A stretch of DNA of 64,000 nt from a bacterium (lineage in GTDB: Bacteria > SAR324 > NAC60-12): contig CBDDTI010000745.1 in assembly GCA_965233585.1 (NCBI GenBank), positions 32,001-96,000 of the forward strand, written 5' to 3'. Within the stretch, counting starts at the first letter, position 1. Every line of letters starts with the position of its first letter. The notes beneath the pieces are model-generated. The model saw only the letters and a program-made list of their open reading frames with translations, made no database searches and had not been told where the DNA came from. The position numbers were made by a program, and so were the translations under genes. Positions 1 through 9,244 of this stretch are shown piece after piece.

Positions 1-2
1 CT

Positions 3-656
3 ATTGCAAATCTCAAAAATGCTGTTTGTGCTGTGTGTCGTGATGACGTGCATCAAGTAGGAGTAGAGGCAGGAAGAGATTTTCCAATGCCTGAATTGAC
101 AGATTTATTGCTGGCTCAAGCTGGCTTCACCTCACCCAACAATCAACCTTTAAAAGCCACAAAAGGCATAGAACTTGGGCATATTTTTAAACTTGGCACC
201 AAGTACTCTGATGCACTACAAGCAGGTGTACAGGTAAACAACCAATTCCGCCCTTTTGTGATGGGGTGTTATGGCATTGGTACAACACGCATTGCTAGTG
301 CCTTCATTGAACAAAACCACGATGAGCATGGAATTATCTGGAATACAACCTTTGCTCCTTACCAAGTCGTTTTGATTCCAATCAAATTCCAAGATGATGC
401 AGTAGCTCAAGTGGCTCTTGCACTTTATCAAGAACTGAAACAACACAATGTAGAAGTATTACTTGATGACCGTGATGTCTCTGCAGGCATCAAGTTTAAA
501 GATTCTGATATGTTAGGCTTTCCAATCCAAATCGTCTTAGGTCAGGGATTAAAAAACAACAAAGTAGAATTGAAAATCAGAAAAACAGGACAAAAACAAG
601 AAGTGTTACTTTCAGATGCTACCAGCCAGACTTTGGAAGTGTTGAAGTCATTGTAA
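3..656 (+). CDS. proS: Prolyl-tRNA synthetase, C-terminal part (5' truncated by window)
   Basis: GIELGHIFKLGTKYS and MGCYGIG motifs plus anticodon-binding domain (VLLDDRD..G.KFKDSD..G.P); frame open from window start. Confidence 0.95.
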   Translation: MANLKNAVCAVCRDDVHQVGVEAGRDFPMPELTDLLLAQAGFTSPNNQPLKATKGIELGHIFKLGTKYSDALQAGVQVNNQFRPFVMGCYGIGTTRIASAFIEQNHDEHGIIWNTTFAPYQVVLIPIKFQDDAVAQVALALYQELKQHNVEVLLDDRDVSAGIKFKDSDMLGFPIQIVLGQGLKNNKVELKIRKTGQKQEVLLSDATSQTLEVLKSL

Positions 657-752
657 GAACACTCATTCGTCATTTCAAACTAACAACACTTGACTTGAGA
701 AAAAACCAATCAGCTAGACGCTTTGCATTGTCCCTGACAATGACAAAGACGT

Positions 753-2930
753 TTAGGAATGAGCAGGTAGTTCAATGCGGAAGTTTGAACCACCTGTTTG
801 GACAGGGTTGTAGCGAATAAAGCCAAGGTGGTCTGATACAATTTGAAGCACGATTGCCAGCCCTAGACCTGTCCCATTTTCCTTGCCTGTGACATAAGGT
901 TCAAAAATTTTATTACGCATTGCAACAGGCACTCCTGTTCCGTTATCTTCCACCTCAATCATTGCCATACTCAAATCTTTGTCAAAGCGTGTTCTCAAAT
1001 AAATGTCCCCTGTATCCACGATAGAAGCAGCGGCATTGTCAATCAAGTTCACTAATGCTTGTTTCAACTGTTCCGCATCAATATTCAAATCAGGAAGGCT
1101 TTCATCAGTTTCAATATGCAACTGAATATTTTTTGGAAAAACGTTTGAGAAAAAGTTTGCAGTTGCATGAATCACAGCATTTAAATCTCCTTTTTGTAAA
1201 ATACATTCAGGCGTTCTTGCAAATTTAGAAAACTCATCAACCATCATTTGCAGTTGATTGACTTCTTGAACAACCATAGTGCAATAACGTTTCAAAGTAG
1301 TCGCATCTTGAACTTGGGTTGAGTATTTACGTTGAATGTATTCTGCAGAAAGGCGAATGGGAGTGAGAGGATTTTTGATTTCATGGGCAATGCGTCTGGC
1401 AACATCACGCCATGCTTTAACCCTCTCAAGCCTTTGGATTTCAGACAAATTTTCGCAAACATACACACAACCCAAAAAATCTTTATCTTCGTGAGAATCT
1501 GCTAGCTTCAGGCAAGTGATTGTCAAATGCAAAGGTTGTTTGTCTGGATTGAGAACCAAATCTTGACGGTGGTGGTTTGACCTATCATCAAAGTTTCTCA
1601 TGGATTCAAGTTGAACAAAAACCTCCTGATTCAATGCACTTTCCAGTGATTGACCGACTTGAAAGTCTGCTTGAAAAAATTCTTTTGCCGCACGATTGGC
1701 GGTGGTCACAATTCCATCAGGTTGCATAGAGATGACCCCAGATTCTATGTGTTCAAGAGTGAGTTCAATGAAATGCAGGTTTTCTTTGAGGCGTAAGCGA
1801 TGGGCAAGAAGCTCCGCACTCATAAAGTTAAACGATGTGATGAGTCTTTCAAAATCTGTGTTGCTGTATGAATTTTTGTCTAATCGCAGTTGATACCCAA
1901 GCCCTTCTTCTTTGAGCAATTCCTTAGTCGCTTCTGACAAACGTTCAATAGGATAGACAAAACGTTTGGCAAGATAAAATGCAAACCATGTCGCACCAAA
2001 CAAAAGCAAGGCTGTCATAAATAAGAAGCCGCTGGTGTAATACACTCTCAAAAAACGTTTAGATTTTTGCAGTGATTCAGATTTGGAATATTGCTCATCA
2101 AGAATCCACAATGATTGTGCAACTTCAGGGGAAGACTCTCCAAAGGTTTCTATAATTTTTTGAGAGTATTGAGAGATGAGAAAATAACGAAAGATAAGCC
2201 GTGTGTGTGATTTTTGAGCCAAAAATAACCAGCCTTGTTGTTGTAGTTTTGATTTTTCTTGGGTAGATAAAGGTGACCATTCACGCTCTAACGATTCTGA
2301 TTTAGTCCGTTTGGCAATCAACTCATGCTGAAGACTATAAAAAGCAATTCCCTTAATTTGAAATTGTTGAATCACCTCATTCAATTCTTCCAACATAAAA
2401 GACTCATTTCTCATGTCAACAACTTGTGCCTGATTTTTGAGTAACTGAAACATGGTGAAGCTGTATCCCGAAGAAATGCTTTGCGATTGAGTACGTGCCT
2501 GTTCGTATTGATGATTCAACCAGTTATCCAGAAAATAAAAGTTAAAGCCTGATGCTAAAAAATGAGCAATGATGGCAGGGACAGAAATGAAAATGAAAGC
2601 AAAAGTTAAGTTAGCTTTGAAGCTCCTTTTACGACTGGATAAGTCAAAACGAAGTTTGATGATGTTTCGTAGAAATGAATAAAATGCAAAAAAGGCAAAC
2701 AGAAAATTGAGATTGAGGGTGACAAAATGCCCGATACTTTCTTCGGCATCATCAGGGGTGATTTGACCTAATTCTATTTGGTAGAAAATGAAAAAGAGAA
2801 TGAAGACAAGGAAGAAAGTTGCCTTGAGAATGCGTTGATATTCTCTGCGGGAGAGTAAGAAGAGGTTTTGAATCCTTATAACAACAGAACGGAATTGTAA
2901 GAGAACAAAAGAGAGTAGAAAATGTAGCAA
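753..2930 (-). CDS. NtrY-like membrane sensor histidine kinase (HAMP, PAS-like, HisKA, HATPase)
   Basis: AW.DVARRIAHEIKNPLTPI.LSAE H-box typical of NtrY family; NLIDNA, DNG.G and GTGLGL boxes. Confidence 0.88.
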   Translation of the reverse strand: MLHFLLSFVLLQFRSVVIRIQNLFLLSRREYQRILKATFFLVFILFFIFYQIELGQITPDDAEESIGHFVTLNLNFLFAFFAFYSFLRNIIKLRFDLSSRKRSFKANLTFAFIFISVPAIIAHFLASGFNFYFLDNWLNHQYEQARTQSQSISSGYSFTMFQLLKNQAQVVDMRNESFMLEELNEVIQQFQIKGIAFYSLQHELIAKRTKSESLEREWSPLSTQEKSKLQQQGWLFLAQKSHTRLIFRYFLISQYSQKIIETFGESSPEVAQSLWILDEQYSKSESLQKSKRFLRVYYTSGFLFMTALLLFGATWFAFYLAKRFVYPIERLSEATKELLKEEGLGYQLRLDKNSYSNTDFERLITSFNFMSAELLAHRLRLKENLHFIELTLEHIESGVISMQPDGIVTTANRAAKEFFQADFQVGQSLESALNQEVFVQLESMRNFDDRSNHHRQDLVLNPDKQPLHLTITCLKLADSHEDKDFLGCVYVCENLSEIQRLERVKAWRDVARRIAHEIKNPLTPIRLSAEYIQRKYSTQVQDATTLKRYCTMVVQEVNQLQMMVDEFSKFARTPECILQKGDLNAVIHATANFFSNVFPKNIQLHIETDESLPDLNIDAEQLKQALVNLIDNAAASIVDTGDIYLRTRFDKDLSMAMIEVEDNGTGVPVAMRNKIFEPYVTGKENGTGLGLAIVLQIVSDHLGFIRYNPVQTGGSNFRIELPAHS

Positions 2931-2933
2931 AGA

Positions 2934-3395
2934 TTATTGTGTGATGAGGGTCTGGTAATAATTTGACTGATCTTTTTTCTCATCTGCAATGGTGTATTCC
3001 TCACTGTGCTTGACCAACAACTGTGAGGCATGAAAGGTCTCACCGTCCCATTTTCCCTCTACAACAACACCTTGACCTTCTTTGAACATATCAGGCTTTG
3101 CCCCCTGATATTTGACAGGAATTAACAAAGAAGTACTTACAACCTGTGAAGGGACAGGCATTTGGTCGGTGATTTGAAATGATAAATTTAAAGTACGAGG
3201 TTCCCACTGAATGCTGCCTTGTTCTACCAAAGCACCAACGCGAATGGTTTGCGATTTTAATGTTGTACCCTTTTCAATCAACTCTGCTGGTGTATAAAAA
3301 AACACAGTTTTTTCCTCAAGAGTTTGCAAGGATAATGCTATGATGGCTAGAAAAATAATACTGCCACCAATCAAAAATTTATAAGTTGTTTTCAT
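2934..3395 (-). CDS. ccmE: Cytochrome c maturation heme chaperone CcmE
   Basis: FFYTP.E, IRVGALV..GS, PDMFKEGQGVVVEG, KH.E.Y motifs. Confidence 0.93.
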   Translation of the reverse strand: MKTTYKFLIGGSIIFLAIIALSLQTLEEKTVFFYTPAELIEKGTTLKSQTIRVGALVEQGSIQWEPRTLNLSFQITDQMPVPSQVVSTSLLIPVKYQGAKPDMFKEGQGVVVEGKWDGETFHASQLLVKHSEEYTIADEKKDQSNYYQTLITQ

Positions 3396-3507
3396 TGTTT
3401 GATTTGGAATATTTATAACGTAGCTTTTTCACTCTGACCACATAAACTAAAACAGTCAATATCCAAATGCCATAACATGCAATAACATACTCTACATTTC
3501 CACTCAT
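3379..3507 (-). CDS. ccmD: CcmD-like small membrane protein, 42 aa (not in ORF track)
   Basis: Own translation MSGNVEYVIACYGIWILTVLVYVVRVKKLRYKYSKSNNENNL; Y-V-x-x-x-Y-G, one TM helix, basic tail; lies between ccmC and ccmE. Confidence 0.8.
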   Translation of the reverse strand: MSGNVEYVIACYGIWILTVLVYVVRVKKLRYKYSKSNNENNL

Positions 3508-3533
3508 AACGTTTATCCAAAAAATTCCATTTC

Positions 3534-4223
3534 TTAGTCTAATTTTGTTTGAAGTTGTGCTAATTGACGATGATATTTGTCTTTGATCTGTTCTGTTTGT
3601 AGCCTTAAAACTAGTAAATAAGCATACAGAATAAACATGGCAAGCACACTAGCAACGAGAGGGTAAAGCAGTTCAGGGGGCATAGCAGGTTTTTCAGCCT
3701 TGAATAATGTAGAGGGTTGATGCAGAGTTCTCCACCATTCCACCGATTTATGAATGATAGGAATGTCAAGAAACCCAATGATTCCGACAACTGATGCTAA
3801 TTTTGCCTCCACATGCCTTTCTGTTGAAAATGCACGAAGCAAGAAATATCCACAGAAAATCAAAAATAACAACAATGTTGTTGTCAAACGTGCGTCCCAA
3901 ACCCAATAAGTTCCCCATGTCGGTTTGCCCCAGATAGCCCCTGTAACCAATGTCAATCCGCAGAAAATTAAACCAATTTCTGCAGAAGATTTTGCAACAT
4001 AATCAAAGCCAAAACTTCTCTTCCACAAATACATGAAGCTATAAACAAAAGTGACGAAAAATGCCAAGTAAGTGACAAAAACCGATGGGACATGCAAATA
4101 CATAATTTTTTGAACAAATCCCATTTCAAGATTCAAAGGAGTCCATAAGAAAATCCATAAGGAACAACCTATCAAAGAAACCAGCGAGGCTAATTCAAGG
4201 GGGACAATCCAACGTTTCATCAA
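3534..4223 (-). CDS. ccmC: Heme exporter protein CcmC
   Basis: YLHVP, WGKPTWGTYWVWDARLT (WWD domain), WWRTLHQ. Confidence 0.95.
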   Translation of the reverse strand: MMKRWIVPLELASLVSLIGCSLWIFLWTPLNLEMGFVQKIMYLHVPSVFVTYLAFFVTFVYSFMYLWKRSFGFDYVAKSSAEIGLIFCGLTLVTGAIWGKPTWGTYWVWDARLTTTLLLFLIFCGYFLLRAFSTERHVEAKLASVVGIIGFLDIPIIHKSVEWWRTLHQPSTLFKAEKPAMPPELLYPLVASVLAMFILYAYLLVLRLQTEQIKDKYHRQLAQLQTKLD

Positions 4224-5650
4224 TCTAAATATTTTTTAAGGAGTTGATTAATAGTTGTAGGGTTGGCTTGCCCTCGTGAGGCTTTCATCACTTGACCTAC
4301 AAAAAAGCCAAACACTTTAGTTTTACCCTCACGATATTGTGTCAGTTGGTCAGGAAATTGAGCAATGATGTCTTGCACCATTTTTGACAACTCGTCTTCA
4401 TTGCTGACTTGTTCCAAGCCTTTGTCCTTTGCAATCTTACTTGCAGACTGCTTGTTTCCTAGCATTTCTGTCAACACCACCTTTGCTGCAGACGAACTAA
4501 TTTTCCCTTGTTCAATCATTTGCAAAAGCTCGCTTAAACGTTCAAAACTAAGCACCTTGTCCAAATCTTCAGATTCAGGAGATGCCACATGAGTTAAGAC
4601 TTGAAGTGTCCAGTTGTATGCTAGTTTGGCAGATGTTCCACTATTGACCAAATTTTCAAAATAATTAGAAACATAACGTTGTTTTGCAAGAGATTCTGCA
4701 TCTTCAAACTTCATTTTGTATTGATTGACAAACCGTTCCATTCGTTTGTCAGGTAGTTCAGGCAAAGACTTTTCAATAGACTCCAACCAGTCTTGCTCAA
4801 TGGTAACAACAGGCAAATCGGGGTCTGGAAAATAGCGATAATCGTGAGAGTCTTCTTTGCGTCTCATCATGTAGGTCATCTTTTTACTCTCATTCCAAAG
4901 ACGAGTCTCTTGCAGAACCTGACCCCCAGAGTTTAAAATGTCTTCCTGCCTAACAATTTCATAGTCTAGTGCTTGTTGTAAGAAGCGGAAAGAATTGAGG
5001 TTTTTGATTTCTACACGTGTACCAAAAGCTGTCTCTCCAACAGGACGCAACGAGATATTGGCGTCACAACGCAAATTCCCCTTCTCCATGTTCGCATCAG
5101 AAATTCCCAAATACACCACGAGCGAACGGACTTTTTCCATGTACAATCTTGCCTCTAGTGGAGTTTGCAAGACGGGGTTACTCACAATTTCCAAAAGTGG
5201 AGAACCCGCACGATTGAGGTCAATCAAACTCTGTCTTCCACTGGGGTCGTGAACCAACTTGCCTGCATCTTCTTCCATGTGAATATGGTGCAGGCTAATC
5301 TCTTTGGCTTGCTGATTAGGATAAATAGTGACTTGACCACCAATGCAGATAGGTCGCTCATCTTGAGAAATTTGATAACCTTTGGGAAGGTCGGGGTAAA
5401 AATAATGCTTGCGTGCAAATTGAGAGCGACGGTTGATGGCGCTTTTGGTAGCTAGCCCCAAAAGCATAGCTGATTCTACAACTTTTTCATTGAGAACAGG
5501 CAAAGTACCGGGTAACCCATAACAATATTCTGATGTATTGGTATTGGGTTCATGGCTAAATTCTGAAGGTGCAGTAGAAAAGATTTTGGAGTGTAACGAC
5601 AACTGCACATGAATTTCCAGCCCGATGACAGGCTCAAAATTAACAGGCAT
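4220..5650 (-). CDS. gatB: Asp/Glu-tRNA amidotransferase subunit B
   Basis: VIGLEIHVQL, RKHYFYPDLPKGYQISQ, HMEEDAGK, VEIKNLNS; ATG at 5650 taken as start. Confidence 0.97.
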   Translation of the reverse strand: MPVNFEPVIGLEIHVQLSLHSKIFSTAPSEFSHEPNTNTSEYCYGLPGTLPVLNEKVVESAMLLGLATKSAINRRSQFARKHYFYPDLPKGYQISQDERPICIGGQVTIYPNQQAKEISLHHIHMEEDAGKLVHDPSGRQSLIDLNRAGSPLLEIVSNPVLQTPLEARLYMEKVRSLVVYLGISDANMEKGNLRCDANISLRPVGETAFGTRVEIKNLNSFRFLQQALDYEIVRQEDILNSGGQVLQETRLWNESKKMTYMMRRKEDSHDYRYFPDPDLPVVTIEQDWLESIEKSLPELPDKRMERFVNQYKMKFEDAESLAKQRYVSNYFENLVNSGTSAKLAYNWTLQVLTHVASPESEDLDKVLSFERLSELLQMIEQGKISSSAAKVVLTEMLGNKQSASKIAKDKGLEQVSNEDELSKMVQDIIAQFPDQLTQYREGKTKVFGFFVGQVMKASRGQANPTTINQLLKKYLD

Positions 5651-5696
5651 AGATGAAGAATGGAGAATCAAACGAGTTAAACTGAAATAGACAGAG

Positions 5697-6659
5697 TCAT
5701 GTCATTGAATGGTTTTGAGCATACTGCTCCAATTTTTCCAAATCACGGCTAAAAAGTCTAATCCCTTCTGCAATTTTATCGTTTGCCATAGCGTCCTCAT
5801 TGATTGCCCAACGAAACGTCTCTTCATCAAAAGACAGCCTTTCTAGTGATTTGTCACATTGGTCTGAACTTAAACGTTGTGGCAAGTGTTCACTGGTATT
5901 TTGGAGTTCTTCTAGCAAAGTAGGGCTAATAGTCAGATAATCGCAACCTGCAAGCTCTGTGATTTGAGAAGTACTGCGGAAACTTGCCCCCATGATGATT
6001 GTTGGATAATCACACGTTTTGTAATAATTGTGAATTTGTTTGACTCTCTCTACACCGGGGTCAGAAACTGGGTCGTATTGAAAACTCTCATCATGCCTCT
6101 TATGCCAGTCCAAAATCCTTCCAACAAAAGGTGAAATCAGAAAAACTCCAGACTCTGCACAAGCCACAGCTTGCGCAAGATGAAACAAAAGCGTTAAATT
6201 GCAATGAATGCCCTCACTTTCCAGTTGTTTTGCAGCCTGAATGCCTTCCCACGTTGCCGCAATTTTGATTAAAATACGTTCTTGCTCAACACCCCTTTCT
6301 TTGTAAAGATCAATCAGCCTTCTCGCTCTCAGATAAGTTTGTTTGGCATCAAATGAAAGCCTTGCATCAACCTCCGTTGAGACTCGCCCGGGTATATGCT
6401 TCAAGATTTCCACGCCAAAAGTGACGCTTGCTTGGTCTAAAACATTTTTGAGGTATGCTTCTTGACCTCCTCCTTGCTGATCTGCCCACTCAACAGCCTG
6501 AGTCAGTAAAGGAGCATATTCGGGCATCTGTGACGCTTTGTAAATCAGGCTTGGGTTCGTTGTTGCATCTTGAGGTTTGTATGCCTCAATCGCTTGAATA
6601 TCCCCAGTATCTGCGACAACAACCGTTATTTGCTTCAGCTGTTCAAGTTGACTCTTCAT
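5697..6659 (-). CDS. tal: Transaldolase
   Basis: [49 protein letters not shown]; start set at MKSQLEQLK because the longer ORF overlaps a tRNA. Confidence 0.96.
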   Translation of the reverse strand: MKSQLEQLKQITVVVADTGDIQAIEAYKPQDATTNPSLIYKASQMPEYAPLLTQAVEWADQQGGGQEAYLKNVLDQASVTFGVEILKHIPGRVSTEVDARLSFDAKQTYLRARRLIDLYKERGVEQERILIKIAATWEGIQAAKQLESEGIHCNLTLLFHLAQAVACAESGVFLISPFVGRILDWHKRHDESFQYDPVSDPGVERVKQIHNYYKTCDYPTIIMGASFRSTSQITELAGCDYLTISPTLLEELQNTSEHLPQRLSSDQCDKSLERLSFDEETFRWAINEDAMANDKIAEGIRLFSRDLEKLEQYAQNHSMT

Positions 6660-6715
6660 ACACCCCAAAGAAAGGGAAAAAGCAGGACAAAGAAGTTGAT
6701 TTGATTTGAAAGGAG

Positions 6716-6791
6716 TGGCTCCCCAACGCGGACTCGAACCACGGACCCAGTGGTTAACAGCCACTTGCTCTACCAACTGAGCTATTGGGGA
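6716..6791 (-). tRNA. tRNA-Asn(GTT)
   Basis: TCCCCAATAGCTCAGTTGGTAGAGC...CTGTTAA...GGTTCGAGTCC...GCCA cloverleaf with encoded CCA. Confidence 0.97.
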
Positions 6792-6808
6792 ACTCAATGA
6801 AACGCAGG

Positions 6809-6837
6809 ATTATACGAAAACGTCTTCCGTAAGTCAA
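6809..6837 (-). promoter_or_regulatory. Sigma70-type promoter for tRNA-Asn (and possibly tal)
   Basis: TTGACT-17 bp-TATAAT on minus strand just upstream of the tRNA. Confidence 0.8.
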
Positions 6838-6845
6838 GGATTTTT

Positions 6846-7337
6846 TTACTTGCGACGATGCCCCTCAATCATTTTTTTAAATTTTTGTAAATTAGCCCAA
6901 AAATGGACATCTTGAGTGGGGGAAAGCATTGGTGATTCTGCATCAGGAAGTGATTTTGTCTCAGGAGTATGAAGAATCAGGTGACGCAGTTGATTCAGTC
7001 CTTTGCTAAATTCTTCAAATTCTTGTGAATCTTCTGTTAGTTTTTCAGATTTTTTGCAGGGTTGATGGGATTGAATCAATTTTTTTAGGTTTTGTAATTG
7101 GAGGTCAAAACGGTCATATTTTTTTTCTGCCACCTCAGTCGTGTTCCTTCTTTTTGAAGGATTATGGCAACGAATCAAAGCCTTGAGATTTTGCAACCGA
7201 TTATAAAAAACAACGTGTTCTTCGTCTGAGTTTTCAAGGTCATCGGGGGGCCAGCTTGCAAGAAAACAGGTCTCATGCAATGCCATTCCCAGATCACCGA
7301 GCGACTCTAAAAAATCTTCTTGTTGGGGGTTCGTCAT
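6846..7337 (-). CDS. Hypothetical protein with repeated amphipathic helical motif
   Basis: ORF between tRNA-Ala and tRNA-Asn; 4-5 copies of F-x3-L-x2-L-x2-(L/M)I motif. Confidence 0.6.
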   Translation of the reverse strand: MTNPQQEDFLESLGDLGMALHETCFLASWPPDDLENSDEEHVVFYNRLQNLKALIRCHNPSKRRNTTEVAEKKYDRFDLQLQNLKKLIQSHQPCKKSEKLTEDSQEFEEFSKGLNQLRHLILHTPETKSLPDAESPMLSPTQDVHFWANLQKFKKMIEGHRRK

Positions 7338-7343
7338 AAGAAG

Positions 7344-7419
7344 TGGTGGAGACGAGGGGGATCGAACCCCTGACCTCAACGCTGCCAGCGTTGCGCTCTC
7401 CCAGCTGAGCTACGCCCCC
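7344..7419 (-). tRNA. tRNA-Ala(GGC)
   Basis: GGGGGCGTAGCTCAGCTGGGAGAGC...TGGCA...GGTTCGATCCC...ACCA; G3:U70 identity pair. Confidence 0.97.
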
Positions 7420-7447
7420 CAATCAAAATGAAACAAAGGTAAAAAAT

Positions 7448-7523
7448 TGGTACTCCCAAGGGGATTTGAACCCCTGTTGCCGCCGTGAAAGGGCGATGTC
7501 CTAGGCCTCTAGACGATGGGAGC
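7448..7523 (-). tRNA. tRNA-Glu(TTC)
   Basis: GCTCCCATCGTCTAGAGGCCTAGGAC...CTTTCAC...GGTTCAAATCC...ACCA. Confidence 0.97.
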
Positions 7524-7553
7524 ATGTCTTGTAAGGAATAAGAAAAGCCAAAT

Positions 7554-7582
7554 ATTCTAGCTGACAACAATTTGGCTGTCAA
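7554..7582 (-). promoter_or_regulatory. Sigma70-type promoter for tRNA-Glu/tRNA-Ala
   Basis: TTGACA-17 bp-TAGAAT on minus strand. Confidence 0.8.
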
Positions 7583-7614
7583 GCAAAAATCTAAATTAGC
7601 TTTCCTTGTGGAAT

Positions 7615-8046
7615 TTAGTGAGAAGAATTAACAAGTTCTGTGTGAGAAAAAAAATAATGAATCTCAATCTTTGCATTTTCAAGGCTATCAGACCCATGCA
7701 CTGTGTTTTCTTCAATACTCTCTGCATATTGCCTACGAATTGTCCCTTCTTCCGCATCTTTAGGATTAGTTGCCCCCATGATTTGACGATTTTTGGAAAC
7801 AGCTTCTTCTCCCTCTAAAACCAATGCAACAATCGGCTTTGATGACATCATCGTTGTCAAGTCGTCAAAAAAGGGACGTTCCCGATGCACTGCATAAAAT
7901 CCTGCTGCTTCTTTTTTGGAAAGATGAATCATCTTCATTGCAACAATTCTCAATCCATTCTCTTCAAACTTTGACAAAATTCTCCCAACAAAATGACGTT
8001 TCACTCCATCAGGTTTAATCAACGATAACGTTTGCTCTAATGCCAT
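7615..8046 (-). CDS. ndk: Nucleoside diphosphate kinase
   Basis: [34 protein letters not shown]. Confidence 0.97.
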   Translation of the reverse strand: MALEQTLSLIKPDGVKRHFVGRILSKFEENGLRIVAMKMIHLSKKEAAGFYAVHRERPFFDDLTTMMSSKPIVALVLEGEEAVSKNRQIMGATNPKDAEEGTIRRQYAESIEENTVHGSDSLENAKIEIHYFFSHTELVNSSH

Positions 8047-8170
8047 CACCTATTCCTCTAATAAATTGTAAATAAAAACCCGCCATTTTCTCAAAACCCA
8101 TTATGAAAAGCAAGGGTTAAGATGACTTTTCAAGACTAAGTTTCAAACTTTCCCCTCACCTTGCGTTTAA

Positions 8171-8255
8171 GTCATGGTTGACCTTGGAAACCATCATTGC
8201 TCACCTTGATCCGCAATCTCTACACAACCGTCATTGCGGACTTCCTCCGCAATCT
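8171..8255. repeat. REP-like palindrome cluster 1
   Basis: TCATTGCTCACCTTGATCCGCAATCTC and CGTCATTGCGGACTTCCTCCGCAATC, matching other clusters in window. Confidence 0.8.
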
Positions 8256-8302
8256 TGGTTTTTTCTCTTAACTTCTTCATTTTCAATTCCCCTCCACTGA
8301 AG

Positions 8303-9070
8303 GGCAGTGTTCACTCGGTATTGCATTGTGAGAGTGAATTTGAGGAGTGGAGATGAGAAGTTGTCATCATTGTGCAAGTAAGAGTTATATAAAGAATGGT
8401 TGTTACAAAGGAGTACAGAGAGATGTTTGCCAATCTTGTGGGAGGTCATTCAGTTCAAATGGATTGAGGAGACCACTAGAGACGAAGCGTCAAGCTTTAG
8501 AAATGTCTGTCAATAGTGTAGGCATCAGAAAGATAGCTCGTTTTGTGCAGGTATCTCCAACTTCAGTTCTCAACTGGATCAAAAAAGCCAGAGTGTCTCA
8601 AGTCGCCAAAGGAGCAGCAAGTTTCAAAGAGCAAGTAGATAGTATAGAGATGGATGACATCTATACTTTTGTTCAAAAAAAAGCCAAAGAGTAGCCGTTT
8701 GGACAGCCTATTCTCGTCAAGAACAATGTGTGATTGCCTTTGTGGTAGGCAAAGGATTGGCAGCTGCCCAAAAGTTGTATGCACTAGTCAAAGAACAGCG
8801 ACCTAGAATGAAGACGATCTATACCGATGCCAACTCATGCCATCAAGTGGCATTTGCTCAATGACAAATTCCAGAGAACCACGAAATAGGCAAGAGAAAT
8901 ACTCATCTCATTGAATCTTCTAATTCTTCCATCAGAGATAACCTAGCTCGCTTGATGAGAAAATCTAAACGACATTCTAAAACTTTTGACATGCTGAATC
9001 ACACTCTCCAACTCTTCTTTGACTATAAAAGGTTTCAAAAACATGATACCAATACCAAGTGAACACTGCC
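8303..9070 (+). mobile_element. IS1-family element, probably inactive (768 bp)
   Basis: Terminal IRs GGCAGTGTTCACT(C/T)GGTATTG; InsA zinc finger + HTH at 8347-8694; A-run frameshift near 8675; InsB frame (VWTAYSR, IYTD, THLIE.SN) has in-frame TGA at 8862-8864; no TSD seen. Confidence 0.88.
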
Positions 9071-9109
9071 CAAAGGGACGGGGTGTTTCAATTCCCCTCT
9101 CTTTTTTCT

Positions 9110-9215
9110 GTCATTCCGTGCTTGAAACGGAATCCATCGTCAAACATCGCATGGATTCCTGCTTTCGCAGGAACGACGGCAGTAGAAAGATTGTGGGTCA
9201 AGGTGAGCAATGACG
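9110..9215. repeat. REP-like palindrome cluster 2 (inverted doublet)
   Basis: GTCATTCCGTGCTTGAAACGGAATC...GGATTCCTGCTTTCGCAGGAACGAC. Confidence 0.85.
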
Positions 9216-9244
9216 GGAAGTTTGCTTGTTCTGATTCATTTCAA

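Noticed and set aside
8862..8864. In-frame TGA as recoding or alternative genetic code
   Set aside because: TGA ends ordinary genes here (tal, rpmH, yidC); a nonsense mutation in a decaying IS is simpler.
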